Assembly (NCBI GenBank): GCA_036172245.1
Contig: JAYWIR010000004.1
Span: forward strand, 620,001 to 684,000
From: Raillietiella orientalis
Lineage: Eukaryota
DNA length: 64,000 bases
Direction: 5' to 3'
The position numbers and the translations under genes were made by a program. Shown one piece after another: positions 1 to 13,009 of this stretch (the first letter of the stretch is position 1; every line of letters starts with the position of its first letter). Under the pieces are notes generated by a model. The model saw only the letters and a program-made list of their open reading frames with translations. It searched no databases and was not told where the DNA came from.

Positions 1-1039
1 GCCACTTCTGTGAGCGCCCTCTCGCGGCGGCAGCGACAAAGTCGCGTAGGTCGAAGTCGATCCGAGAGCTACGGTGCGTGCTCAAGAAACGCGGAGCTTG
101 GCACGTGACGGAGCTACTCCAGCCCCTCTGCCGTCCCGCCTTCCTGTCTTCCCTCTTCCCATCCCTTCCCAAGCGGCAGCGGATGCGCGGCTTCCCTGCA
201 TAGAAGAAAAAAAACACATTTCCGCCTCGGGAGGCCTAAGGCACGGCGTTTTTCGGAGCGCGGACGCCCCATCGTTGCTCTTTCCCCCCCTTCCCTCTTC
301 CTTCCCTCCCCTTCCCGCTTTTTTTTTTTTTTTTTATGTTTCTTCCTCCATTCCGCGCCCGCGCCCGCGCGAGACGCCGGCCATGAGGAAGAGAGGAGAG
401 GCGGCGGTCGCTGCCCTGGAAATCGCAACCGTCAGTAGGAAGGCTGAGAGGGAGGAGGAAGTCTTCCCAGCAGACGGAGGAAGATCGGTTGAAGAGTCCC
501 GGGGACGCTTGGCGAGAAGGGGGTTCCGGTTGGCCTAGCGCAGCACAAAAACTGGAGCAAATTGGGGAGTTAATTGCTGGCGTTCATTCGCGTTGCTTAG
601 CTGCCCCTCCTAGGTAACAACGCTCTCGCGCCACCACCAGCCTCCCCCCCCCCTTCTCCTTCTCGTCGACGCGGTGATCCGTCCATCCTGCAGCAGCTGT
701 TGCGAGTTTCGCTCGCGGTCTCCCGGGGAAGCTCATCCGAGGTCCTTTTGGACACCGCGCCGTTCCCTTCCAATACCCTGGAGCCAACACGGAAGTAAAG
801 GTTCCCCTCTGATGAACTTCACGTACCCCACAACCTTTCCTTGAGGCCCCCACGAGGGGATCTCCGCTCTCGGAGCCATTTACGACAAAGCCTCGGACGA
901 TTCGTTCTCGCCCTCCTATTCCAGACTGCCGACTTTTACGACGACTTCCCCTCCCCCGCGCCAGAGAAAGCCCCGCGCTCCGTTGAGCCATCCGAAGGAA
1001 GCTGCAACCGCTGGCGGGACCGGGAATTGAATGCGCCTC

Positions 1040-2300
1040 AGGTCACCTTGGGCGCGCTCGAACTCCCAAGGTGGCCACTTTTACGAAAAGGAAGCACACA
1101 CGCAGTAGCGGGAGCCCCACGGGGCGAAATGGGAGCGCCAATGGTGGAGACCCAGAAAGCAACGGAGCAGCAGCCGCGGAGGATGCTGCAGCAGAACTTT
1201 CCAGGAATCTTCGCACCTCCAGCGGACGGGAGGCTGTTTCCCGGAGTCACCAAGCCGGATGGCGTCCAGTCGTCCGGAAGATGCTTTCAGGTACTCGCTT
1301 CGCAGCCACCACTGCTTGTTCCGCGCCTCCGTGGAAACCGATTCGACCCCCGGAAAAACGTGTCTCGCAACAGGAGAGCCATTTCGATTGACGGGGGCCC
1401 TTCTGTTGAAGGGGAGCGGAGGAGAAGCAGGCAGAGTTGACACATGTCAAGGAAGACAGGCCGCAGGTCCCATACCGGCAAACTCTCTGGAGGCATCTCT
1501 TCGTGGGGACGCGTGAGCAACCCGAATCTCAAGAGAAGGCGTCAGCGGAAGGTTCCTCTTCCGTTTCGCTTGTTCCCCAGTTCCAGCAGCCACTTCCGAA
1601 AAAGAAGCCTCTCCGAGACCCGGCAAAAGGGGAGACTCGGAAGCTGCATCTTCACGGCGCTCATCCGTGTATGTTACGGCAGTGCCCTCCAGGAAGCGGT
1701 TGCCAGAAGTATGGGGCCTTCCGGAAACAGCGGACGGATTAGGAAGCAGACCAGCGAGCCGATCGGGAAGAGCTCCCCGTTCCGTGCGTGGTCAGTGCAC
1801 CACCTGACGGTTATAGGTCCGCTCTACGACCGGGTGGGCCTCATCGGACTCATCCTTTTGCTTTCGATGCGTGCCAAGGCCCGTGGTCTTCTTTTCGCTG
1901 CACGACGGCGTCCGAAGGTTTCCAGTGTGAACTGGGAGATGGAGTGCGTTCCCGGCGAAGCTTCCAAGAGATTGGAAAACGCGAGGCGGCGCCTCCGGGC
2001 GCCAGCTCGCTGGTCCGGGTTACTTGCTTCAAGAGTGAGGATGCTTCCATTGGACTGTAGCTGAGTCAGCTGTGCCGAAGGTTCGACCCTCCCGCCCTCT
2101 CTTAACGACACGCCCGACGACCGCTCGCCTTCTCTCGGATCGTTGGTGAGCTCCGGCAATCATTGGAGAACCTCTGGCCTTCTCTGAGTGCCTTCGTCCT
2201 CCTCTCGGAACGCCCACGGCGGGACTCCAGGCCCCTTCTCGCGGAGGAGTCAGTCGTGCAGGCGCTGCTGACCAGGGCTGGTTGGAAAATGCCTTCCGGC
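1040..2300 (+). mobile_element. Degenerate DIRS-type retrotransposon, reverse transcriptase relic
   Basis: Motifs in the expected order across frameshifts: RLFPGVTKPDG/GWRPVV (~1231-1275; cf. SRLFLVPKxxGGWRPV), AISID (~1378), QVPYRQTLWRHLFVG (~1464-1508; cf. QIPIHPxxxRYLRF), KVPLPFRLFPSS (~1549-1584; cf. LPFGLxxAP). No intact ORF; boundaries approximate. Confidence 0.6.
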
Positions 2301-2789
2301 GAAGCGGCCGGAAGCTGCGAAATTCCGGAGCGGCTCGGAAGTCAGGCAGGTTTGGGGGCATCGGTGAGGGGGGTGCAGTCATTGTTCATTTTTTTTTTTT
2401 TTTTTGGAGGCGAGAGGTGGTCCTCCTTAGGATCGGCGGTGGTGGGAGCTCAAAATGAGCTCGGGTCTTCGTGACCAGGGAGGCACCCTTCGCAGCAAAC
2501 CCGCGCGCAGTGGTAGTCAGGCGGGAGTCGGGACGAACCTAGGAGGACGACCGTCTTCCTCCCCCTCCTCTTCCTCGGCACCGCTGCTGTTTACATAAGA
2601 TTTACATAAGAAAGCGATCGCAGCTCATGCAACGGGAGCGACGGGATCCCGCACAGCTTGCGGGTCAGAGCTAATTCCTCCTCTCCCTGGAAAATGAATG
2701 CACTTTGATGTGATTTTCGCTCCTGTTTGGACCACTCAGAGCCTCGCGCTCCGCGCAGAGCAAACTCGACAATAATTCGGGACCATTGT

Positions 2790-3560
2790 GCTCCTCAATT
2801 GCCGCGGAGTCCCATTGTGGGACTTATCGCTTTCTTTGTCGCCTTCCGAGTCCAGCGCAGGTCTTAATTTCCTCCGTGGATTGTTCCCAAGGAGCGATTT
2901 TTTCGATTTTCCGTTTCGGCGAGGACCTCTTTGAGGTTCCCAGTGGGAGTGCGTCCCCCGCAACGAGGGAGGGGGTGATTGTAAAGGACCCGCTCCCACC
3001 AACGATTGGGCGACCGACTTCGCCTTCCGCGACGTCGCAAGTACCGCCGCGCCCACCTAACCTGCAGCAGCTTGCAAAAGAAAATTTCCTTTCACACGCG
3101 ACAGCTCGGCGTACAATTAGGACCCGAAATGGGCCCTGGAGTTCCCATCGCGCTCCCGGATTTTCGCCGATCCCGCGGGAATTCATTGTCGCCTCCACAG
3201 CCCTGGCTGCTGGTCGGCGAGCTCCGGCTTGAGCGACTGCTCTGGATCGAGTCGCCTCCGAGTTCGGGAAGGGGAAACGCAGAAGCGGCGGTCGAAGGTC
3301 TCCGCTCTGCTGCAAGCACGGACGGGATGCTGCAGGGGAGAGGAGGGAGTCCTGTCCCGACCGGCGGACGCTGCCTGAAGGAGCAGAATGTCTCCGACTC
3401 CCACCGACGCTGGGACGACTGGACGACAGCGTCCTCTCTCCAGCATCCAGAAAGTCCAAGGTCCCACCGCGAGCCCAACATGACGTACGTCTTCCTCCGT
3501 CTCCAAACAGGGGAGGGACATCGACGCTCGATAGCTCGCGGCTTCCAGCACCGAGGCTCC
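2790..3560 (+). mobile_element. Degenerate DIRS-type RT relic (second copy)
   Basis: SATSQVPPRPPNLQQL (~3026-3073; cf. DAYxQVPIHP), APxIFA (~3152-3168; cf. APRIFT) and HRRWDDWTTASS (~3402-3437; cf. HxYLDDWLIxAxS), in the expected order. Confidence 0.5.
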
Positions 3561-3788
3561 GGTGATGGCAGCCAACTTGCCACACTGCACTAATGAGACA
3601 TCCTCCAATTCCTAGTCGAATAATTCGTTAGCATCGCTTCGAGATGTTTGCTTCAGATAACTTGCATCCCCACGATTTTCCCAAGATTCCCTTCCGGCAT
3701 GTTTATCCTCTGAGATGAATGCTGGGATAACCGCATGTTTTTCACTGCACGGAATGAGACGGTATCCGCTTGCAAACACTGCCGTATG

Positions 3789-4234
3789 TGACGCAAGCAC
3801 CTGCCTTGGAAGATGCAGGCGTGCAGCTGTGTGATGCAACCATGTGCGTGTTAAATCGCAGAGGGAAGCAGATCCCTCTATGGTTTGAACGTGCGTACTG
3901 TGCGATTCGAGTTGAAATACTGTGCATGACGCAAACATGTGCATCTTATTAAGCAAGTAGTATCATTCACAATATAAGCAAGTATGGAGTAACCGGTACC
4001 GTAGCAGCCGCGACGAGTACCCTGTTTGTCGCCAGCGGCGGCGTGAATGACGCAAACAAGTACTTCGCACGGCGAGGGAGACTGCGCCATGAGATGGAAG
4101 CAGCGCCGCGCGTGACGGAATCATGTGCTTTGCATGACCCTGTTAATGCCAACAAGTACTCCGCGTGATGAAAGCATCAACGCCATGTGACGCAATCGCG
4201 CGTGACGTAAACCTTTGCACTTTGAATGACATAA
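3789..4234 (+). repeat. Same-strand cluster of TGACGCAA-like 8-mers
   Basis: Exact TGACGCAA at 3789, 3927, 4048 and 4188; variants TGATGCAA 3832, TGACGGAA 4113, TGATGAAA 4166, TGACGTAA 4203, TGACATAA 4227. Confidence 0.7.
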
Positions 4235-4439
4235 ATGCTTGCGCCACAGGACACAGCAGTACTGAGCGTAAGCGAGCACTCTGCGTGAAGGCGAACAGCA
4301 AAAGCGAGGCATGCGCTGTGAACGGCCGAGCGCCCTCACGGGCCCGAGTCGGGGCGCTAACTGTTCTTCAGACTGACTCACCAGAAAGTAGGCGTGCAGG
4401 TAAACAGGAAGGCGTAGGGTTCGTTACGGAACAAAGAGC

Positions 4440-6560
4440 GCAGGACAGGGCAGCCAGACTGGCTCCGCTTCTTGCTCTGCAGGGGAGGGGGAGCTTGGAG
4501 TACCTTGGTGAGCAGGGACTACCCTTTGGGCTGCTCACCGGAGGAGGAAGCCTGGTCTGAACCAACTTCGAAAAGCAGGAGCGGCTCTGGTGGACCCGTC
4601 TCACGATCGATGGCGCTCTTCTCCCAGGATCGCCATCCTCGCCTTCCTGAGACCGCTGTTGCTTACGTGCCTCCCTCGCAAAATGATCGGGACGCGGATC
4701 GACGACCTCCTGAGGAAAACCTGGTGATCAGGAAGATTCTTGCTCTGACCCAAAGTGCTGGTGGTCTCGAGTATGTCTCGCACTGTCTCAGATTCTGGGA
4801 AGCGAGTTGCTTCGACTCGCATCCCTTGGACTCGCTCTGGCAGGCAAACTTTGGCCTGACCTCGCGCCATGGCCTCAGGGGTGCGATTGTTTGCTCACCC
4901 CTGAGGAACAGACGGTTCGGGGAGGTAGCAGTCGCACGCAGGCAGCAAGTGGCACCGATTCGCCACGTTCCTCACCACTGAGGGGAGAAGGATCTCCCGT
5001 CTGGCCACTACGACCACACTGGACGAGGGGCAGCTTCTTCCCGAACTTCTGTTCGTTGCCGGACCGAGCTACCCACTACAGCAGATGAGCGTTCCCAGAG
5101 ACGGGAGCCCCCGCACCTGGGGGGCAACCCAGGGAGACTGCTCCAACAATCTCTGGGCACAACAGCCCGCCGCGCCCTCCCATATAGGGTAAGGAAAGCA
5201 GCTCGTTGAGGTCACCTTCTTGGCGTAGATGCCGAGAAAAGCGTCCTCCAGATGGGCTACCGTGCCAACTGCAAAGAGGTGTCGACTAGCCGGCCCGCAT
5301 CTTCTGCGCGATGCAGCAGAGGACGCACGGGAATGAACTGCCGATGAACCGTCACACCCTTTCCATCTTTCCTCTCTTACTTTCGAGAGTGGGAGGGGGA
5401 TCATCCTGATGCCTCTAGATTTAGGTTCGAGGAGCGAATAAATAAATAGGGGTAGGATGAACCGGCCACACAGACATGAAACAGGGACCCCAAGAGCCCC
5501 TCAAGGGCAGGATTGAGGACAAAGAATGGTATCTGGTCACTGCTTTCGAGCTAGTCTGACCGCAGTCGCCCTGAGGCCCCCTTGCACTTCGCATCCCAGA
5601 CTGAACCTCCTCGTGACCTTTCGGACGAGATCGATAGCGGGCGAGGGAGACTCTGGGATTAAGGTCACGCCCTTGTTTCATCCGGACAGCCACCGTTACC
5701 CTCACTCGCACTGCAAGGAGGGAGCCAATGAGCCCGGAGGAGTGACGACCGTCTGCAGAGGTCGGGGAGAAGGGTGGATTATTCAGGAGTCACAGTGTTC
5801 CTGCGACGCGCCTGCTGTAGCCCCTGGAACATCCTGGAAGCACACGCGGAGACAGGAAGTGCTCTCCCCACAGTCTCACTATGGATGCGTTCCTCGGGGG
5901 ATTCTCCCCTCGGAGGCGCTCCGACGGAGACCCCAGTGCCCCAGAAAGACGATCCCCGGGAAGCTCAGGAGAAGGGCACAGGAGGCGACAGGAAACCACA
6001 GGTCTCGAGCTTTCCCCGGGGAATTCCGGGAAAGTCGATCCTCCGTCGCGGGCCGCGAGCGAGGTCTTGGCAGCCGCGTCACATTCCATCAGACGATGGA
6101 GTCTGGCGAGCCCCAGCCGCCAGGAAGGCCATCACCCCCGATGCTGCAGGGGGATACGCCTCTTCTTCTAACCATGGGAGCAGGTTTCCAGATGCCACGA
6201 AGCGTGTTACCCGTGTTACGGGACCGTGTTATCCGGGGCCTCTGCTAAGGACGGGTTTCTCCAAGAAGAGAATGGGCTCCAGCGTCGGATAAACTCGGTC
6301 TCCTCAGCAGGCATCGCATGCCCGGAGCGTTGTGTCACAGAGTTGAGTGAGCTGCAAATGACGAGGCGTTTCTCAGCAGCATGGACTCTCCTCTTGCGCA
6401 TGCGGCAGCGTCCTCAGCGCTACGACCCGAGGCGGGCTCGGCGGATCGGCAGCGAGGATGACGACTTTGTTGCGTCAGGGGAGACCCCAATGGCCTATGG
6501 CATCGTCACAGGGCAGCGGGGGAGGAAGAACTTCTCCATCACCATTGCCTGTGTTCCTTT
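4440..6560 (+). mobile_element. Degenerate DIRS relic: RNase H, methylase-like segment and tyrosine recombinase
   Basis: ALQGRG..YLGEQG..SPEEEAW (cf. DASLQGWG..GLWSPEE), ETAVAYV..IRKILALTQS (cf. DNTTAVAYV..xRxIL), PHWTRGSFF/PELL (cf. APxWPxxxWFPEL), RKASS..YRANCK and FLSYFRE (recombinase N-terminus), HSIRR (~6080, possible HxxR motif). Many frameshifts. Confidence 0.6.
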
Positions 6561-6649
6561 CCTTCTTCTTCCGGTTTCTTCCTGCCTTCCGCGAAGGCGC
6601 GTCAATTGATCCCGCCATCTTCCCTACTTCGCCTGCGTAACACGTGCGA

Positions 6650-8320
6650 GGCCGCACGTGTTACGCAGGGGAGGCATGTGCACCACGCGCAGGGAGCTCG
6701 AGGGCAGCTCTCCCGCCGCCGAGCATTGGGACCGCGAGCTATTCGATCCTTAGGGGCCGATCGCGTATGGACGACTTCAGAACTTTTCTCTACTATGACG
6801 ACCGAGATCCAAGCTTGCCTGAAATCTCGATCACGTCCCTGCAGCATCTTCATTCAATTGGAGTCGCCAAAGGGTACAGAATGATTTATTCGTACTCCGG
6901 TCAGTCTCACGTGCTCCGAGTTGACCTCGCACCCCCTTTCTCATCCCATCTCTGACCATGGAGCAGATAGACCTTGAGAGAATCCTCCTCTCCCATTCCG
7001 CATTCCAGTCCGGGACTCCAGCTAACTCGATCCCGCGGGATACGCCATATGCCATGGTGACCTCCCTAACCATCCCCTTGCTCTTGCAGGAAGCAGACCG
7101 GAAGAACCTCCAGCCGCCTCTGGCAACACGAGTCTGTCTGTAGTGGCACTCGCACGCACACTTCTTGCCGCGCCAGCGAGCAAAGCGGCACCCATGGCGC
7201 TTAGGGTTGGATTCGTCCCAAAACGCCCCGAGCAATCCCGGGACGAACAGCGCTCGCTCCCGACTCTGAGCCTCGTCGCTATCGCCGCGACCCTCGCTGC
7301 AGGGAGGGGAAGGGGGAGGGGGGGGCTTATTCTGCGACGCAAACAGGGTCGAGACTCTCTCGTATGCCCACGACAACTCGTGGTGCCTCCTGTCGCACCA
7401 TCCCAGCACGCGCAAGTGTTCTCCACCACTTTGGCATCCGCGCCAGACGCATCGGATGGAGAAACGCGGCCAAGCAACGGATACAGCGCCTATAGACTTT
7501 CTGTCTGCCAAAACTTCTTCCTTCTCTTCTCCCTCAGCAACTCTACCAACAAAGCCCCACTGGAAAGGGCCCGCGTTTCCTTCCCCCCTTTCCCAAGCAA
7601 TCGTTCACCAGCCCCAAGGGCAGTCCAACCGCTGCCTACAATGCTCGTGGGGCGAAGCCGTAATTCCCGTGATCCCGGCTCTAAGTCAGGGGCAACCCTG
7701 TCACCCCGTCACCTTCCAGCACCACGACAGTGACAACAACAGTCACAAGGGTGCAGAGCCCCGTGGGAGTGGCAAGCAGTGTCCTGGGACCTTTTCCCTG
7801 CCGCCACTTATCGGAAAACTGGCGACGCTCTGGGTTAGGCGAGCAGCGGGTCACGAGGTCCCTCTCAGGTACTTCAGCACCTGGCTGGAGGGGAGGCTTC
7901 TCGACCAACCGCATCATTGGCCACCATCTCAAGTAGTACTGACTGGCGATCCCTAGGAAGGAAGGGAGTTGGAGCAGTCGTCGTGGGACGACCTCTCGGG
8001 AAACGAAACCCGGGCAAATGACGAGGCGCCACGTGAACCAAAAGACCCTGGAAGACGGACGGAGAGCGTGGCCAGGAAGATGGCAGACTGCGCCACGCCT
8101 AAGAGAAACTGGCTGAACTGCCGGCTGGAGTGAAGAAACCCTCACGAGACCACGGGGAGGGGGGGACGAGACGCAGGGGGCAGCCAAGGAGTCAAGACAG
8201 GAGAGAGATCCCTGGCCACTGTCTGTGACCTCTGGGCACACCATCTATAAAAAGAAAACATGAATAAAGTTTCCCGTGGCTCAAGCGCTCAACGGCCTCG
8301 GAGATTTCCACCTGATCCAT
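6650..8320 (-). mobile_element. Degenerate DIRS relic (RT, RNase H, start of recombinase), convergent with the previous copy
   Basis: Minus-strand motifs in order: EAVERLSHGKLYSCFLF..VP (cf. GAVExV..PGFYSRLFxVPK), RPSSRVFWFTWR, FLGIASQYYLRWW (cf. LGI..YLDDW), TLFASQNK (cf. DLFAS..N), GGWRFFRS..CKSKG, AWDL..PY..ARRRES (cf. WDL..PYEP..ARRxSEL). Confidence 0.65.
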
Positions 8321-10449
8321 CCGTCTCCTGGACGAGCTCACCTCGGAGGCAGGCACTTCTGGACCCGGAGATTTTAAAAACAGGAGGGGAAGAAAGATCA
8401 AGCGTCGTGAGGGAGCGGCTTCGGCTTCACCAGCCCCGCTGAGGCCGAGGGACGCTGGCGAGTCATTATGAGGCAGAACGGTGGTCCATGTGGAGGGGCG
8501 GAGCGTTTCGTATCGCCTCGCCAAGTCAGAGGATCTCTGAGACGAGCTGGAGAAAAGCGGAAAGTCCACTACCGTGGAGCTGGACCAGCCGCGATTGGGA
8601 AGAACGACCTCGAAACACTTGGAATGAATTCCGTGTTCCCTCTACTGAAAACGGCTCCCGTCCTTCCTCCGAAGATTCTGGGGACCCTTCTCGTCGGATG
8701 GGAGCCAACCCGTGACATCCCCGGCTGCTGACCTCCTTTCTTCTTGCCGCTTGCCAGCTCGGCCTCCCGACGTCCCTTGCGCGCACCGCACCCACCCACG
8801 GTTGCTCATTCTCACACAGCCTGGAGGGAACACTCCCTTTCCCGGAGAGCGAGGTGAAAAGGGGCTGTGCAAACGAGGATCGAATGCACGTGCAATGAAC
8901 CCGGCGACTCCGCTGACGCCCGGAGAGGGGGAGGAAGGGGAGGGGGGAGGGAAGGGACCGACGTTCCCGCCGAGAAAATCTTCCGCTTTCGGATTTCGCT
9001 TCTTCAGAGGAACGGTGCGGCGATCCGTCTCGCCTTGGCTTCTGTCCATTTCTCTCCTGCCTGCAGATGAAAGGGAGGCAGGTCTAGGCTCCGGAAGCCG
9101 CACGCGGCGGAAACCCTACCCTCGGAGAGAACGGCCGCTTCAGCGCTGTCTCCTTGGAAACGACGCTTTGGAACGCTCCGGCAGGCGCTTTCAGGTGGGG
9201 GGTTTCGATGATCGATGCATGAATTTAAGGACGCACGTCTCGGTCTGGAAACGCCGACGGCTCGTTGGAAGACGCGACCACCGAAGCAGAAATGAGCAAC
9301 GTGAAAAGAAGGGCCTGCAACCCTTTTCCTCACTCATTAGTCCCCGCATGGGGGACGGTCCACGGTGAAGGGGTTCCCTCGGGAATGCCTCGCTTCGGAT
9401 TCGAGCACTTGCGCTCCTTCCACAGCGGAGCGAAAGAAAAGAAACCACCATGTCCAATGCCACTGTTTCGCGAGACCTCCTCTTCACAATCGGTCATTCT
9501 TGTGCTCCTGGTATTACCCTTTGGCGGTGGCATTCGCTCTTCAGCAGATGCGACCCTTAAGCGAAACACATCGTCGAATAGGCATCACGTCTTGCATTCG
9601 ATCTCGCACAATGAGCTGCGAATGTTTTCATCCTGTCAGCCGCTTCCCATGAGAAAGCTGGGGCAGTCCGTAAGAGGCAGGAAATTCTACCCTCTCTCGG
9701 CTCACGGAAGGGCGATTTTCCGGAATTTTTTTTTCCTTGGTCATCACATCGATGCTGGTAAGAGGGGGATGCCATGGTGGCATTGTGAGTCTAGGACAAA
9801 GTACCCATGTCCGCCGCATCCAAGAAATAGAAATAAGTGTAAATTACATATATGCATAGCTGTACATGTGAAGGTAAACGTGGATGCCGATGATGATGCG
9901 GGTGTACCGATATGCATCTGTGGGAAAAGAACTCTGGTATTTCATGTGAAGGATCTCTCTTCAACTGCCTTAGACGCCCCAAAACGCATTCAGTTCGAAG
10001 ATCTTCTGATGTCATTGCATCTTTGCATTCAGTTCAGACATTAAAGTAAATTGAGATAACAAGAAAAAAGGCCTTCCTAATTGCCGACCGTCAGGTCGAA
10101 TGAATCCGTCGTGGAAGGCGACATTCAGAAACCTCAGCCTGCTGCGGCGTGCTGACTCTGCGTCAGGCACATCGTACGCAATGGCTCTAAAGCTAAATTG
10201 CAAAGTATCCAGGTATGCAAGCTGCAGGACGGAATGTTCCAGGATGCTGCCTTAGCACGTATTCCTCTTGATTTTCCGATACATAGTCAAAGACATTCTT
10301 TTTTTTTTCCTTCATAGGAACGAGACTTTGGAGAAATCTTAGTGAATGTCTTCCAAAGGGTTGATAGTGCTTCTCTTCACGCACTGCCGTCGTTTCCTTC
10401 CAAGCATTGTGAACTGGAAAGGTGGACTTCCTTGTCAGCGCACACCTTC

Positions 10450-12330
10450 AGTGTTCACCTCGAGTGGTGTTTCTCTTCCTGACCCCCCCAGCAAGCTAAA
10501 ATGAATTCGATACAGGTGGAAGATTCTATGAGCACTCAGTTTTCCACGGCAGCACAGAAGCGAAGCCTGATCACTTAGCACCTGAAGAGCACCTGAAGAG
10601 CTCCTGCAGAGAAGGAAGCGCTCGGACCACTCGCGTTTATCACAGAGGATCACTTTAAACGCAGCAGATCGTAAAAATGGAGCGAGAGCAGCATTCACTG
10701 AGATGAAGAGGCAAGTGTTTGGATTGCTGCCCGCTCCTGGATCAAGCAGCTGTGCTTTTGGGTGACTGAGCTGAAGAAAGCAGCCAAGGACTACCATCTT
10801 CTTCCTTTTCTTGACCATTTGTTCTCGCCTCAGATTTCCAGACTTTTACGAAAGATGCAAGCGCAGAAAGAACGAGCGCTTTGCCCGTCATCTGTTGAAA
10901 AACAAAAGCTGCACTCCCCTCATCTGCGACATCCAGAAGTCCTCTCCTTCGCGATCCCATAAGAACGCAATTTGAGCTCACAAAGAGACAGATCAAGGGG
11001 AATCTTTGCACCCTTCCCTCCTGCTCGACTCCCTTGATTGCAATGGGAACATACTGGGAGGATAACGGTGACTTTCCAGCAATGAGCTTGCTCCCTAAAA
11101 GTGTTTGGAGAGGGAGCTCCAAGCACGCCTGCTATTCCTGGAGTACGGTGACTCAAGCCTCGACAAGCACGAGCAAAAGTGTTCCGGGAAGAGCCAGTTG
11201 TGGTTGTGCACGCTATTCCGATCGAAAGAGCGTGCCAGTCTTCTTGGTAACTCAATAGGCTTATTCCCTACTGGGAAGCAAAAGTGTTCCTGTGGAGTTG
11301 CAGCGAGAGTGCCAACTGACCATGGTACCCGTTGCTTTTGTCAAGCAAACATGAAAGCATCAAATGGGAATTTTGCAAGAGAAACGGGACGCGTCCCCAT
11401 GCTCATCCTCTGAGCGTTTGGACTCTTTCTAGTGCGGAGACGGGAAGGACGCCTTGGAACCTGTTAGTGACTTGGACTCCGTCTCTTGGTTTCGCGTCCG
11501 CCCTCCCTCCCTCGTCAAAGACCATTTCAAAGGTTCCAACGCGGATGGCTGCGCCTCCCAACGCAGCCGTGCTGACACCAAGGGGGGAAAACCTGCCAGT
11601 GTCTGACCTCACATTGATGAAGCACCCCAATCAGTAGGTCTCTCTGCTGGGACCTCTCTGGAGATCCAGTCCGAAGCAAAAGACCTCCGTGGCAGGGAGT
11701 CAGGAGACAGCGAGAGAGAACTTCTCCACGAGCTCTCCTGGTTGCAGCTCCGAGTGCAAGCGATAAAAAAAAAACGAGGGAGAAGATGAAGAAAGGACGG
11801 TAAAAAAAAAAAAAAATGCGGAGATGTGGAAGGCTGATTACGGTAAAATGAGGAAAGTAGAGCGCTTGTCCTCTTTCACCCCATTCGTGGGATAAAAGGC
11901 AGCATTCGCTCTCATCTGGCACCACCGAAAGCATCCCTTTATGAAACGATCAGAAGCTCCACGAAGTTTGAGCCCGGTTTCTCCTGGCGCTTCGTTAAGC
12001 TCCACACAGGATCAGCACGTTTGAGGGTGCGCACCACGTGCGCCTCTCCACGTATCTTCACTCCCAACTGGTGCACCCGTGGGCAAACCCCTGTGAAGCG
12101 GAGGATTGCAAGTCGATTGTACTCGAAAGCGCTGAACACATGACGACGGCATTCGACCTGGTCTCCTGGACGCAGATGCCTTCTACGGAGATCTCAAAAA
12201 AAAAAAAAGTGTTTTCAATTAACTCTAGAATGAGATTGCATGATGAAGACCGGTGAGTGATCGTCCAAACAATACCGTTGCGCTTCTGCGCCTCTTCATC
12301 TCTTCCCGATCGTGCGCACGCATGCGGTAC
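10450..12330 (+). mobile_element. Degenerate DIRS relic (end of RNase H, methylase-like segment, tyrosine recombinase)
   Basis: LNAADR (~10655), FSPQISRLLRKMQAQKERAL (cf. FPPFxLIxRVLRKI), SVWRGSSKHACYSW (cf. SWRxSTxxxYxxxW), ENLPVSDLTLMK (cf. LSLxDLTLK), LRLFISS (cf. LFIS). Confidence 0.55.
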
Positions 12331-13009
12331 GGGCGTTGCGAACTCCGGGTTCTTCACATGCCCTGTGTCTTTGATGCACAGAACCCTTTTCGATCCCGAC
12401 TTCCAGGAAAGTACAGGAGTTCTTCGGAACCAGCTTTCGAGCTCTTTTTCTGGATCGGAACCAAATCAGGACTCTGCGAGGCTCTTGCCTTCCCGAAGAG
12501 CCGGTCGAAAGACTTTTTCCCACCACGGAGGGGAGGACATTCTTTCACTGGAAGAGGAGAGACCGTTGGTTCGCTTCTTCCACGCTCAGCCCTCGTGATG
12601 CGTGCGAGCTGAAAGCTCTCTTTTCCCCTCTCCCTCGCATACCAGCAGCGGAGCGTAAGAGTCATCGATCAGGCATTCCCAACACACTTGTCAGTGTCTG
12701 AAAGAGGGAGGCTGAATCCAGGCTGGTGGCGTGTGAGAGACCAAACTGCTTCCCGAACGCTTCCTTCCCTTCACCGGAAGAAAGCCCGAATTCCCGTGCA
12801 TGGTGCACATCCGGCAGAGGAGAGCTTGAAAATCCGAGTTGAAGATCGAGGAGTCAACGACGGCGTTCAAGCAAACGCAAAAGAGGGAGTGCAGGATGGG
12901 GGGCGGGGGGGGGGTCAAATGGCTGCTGCGATTCCGCTTCTCATCTCTCCACAGGGGAGTCCGCGAGCCGGATGCCCTGCGGCCACAGGATCCCCCAAAC
13001 GCCGAGGCT

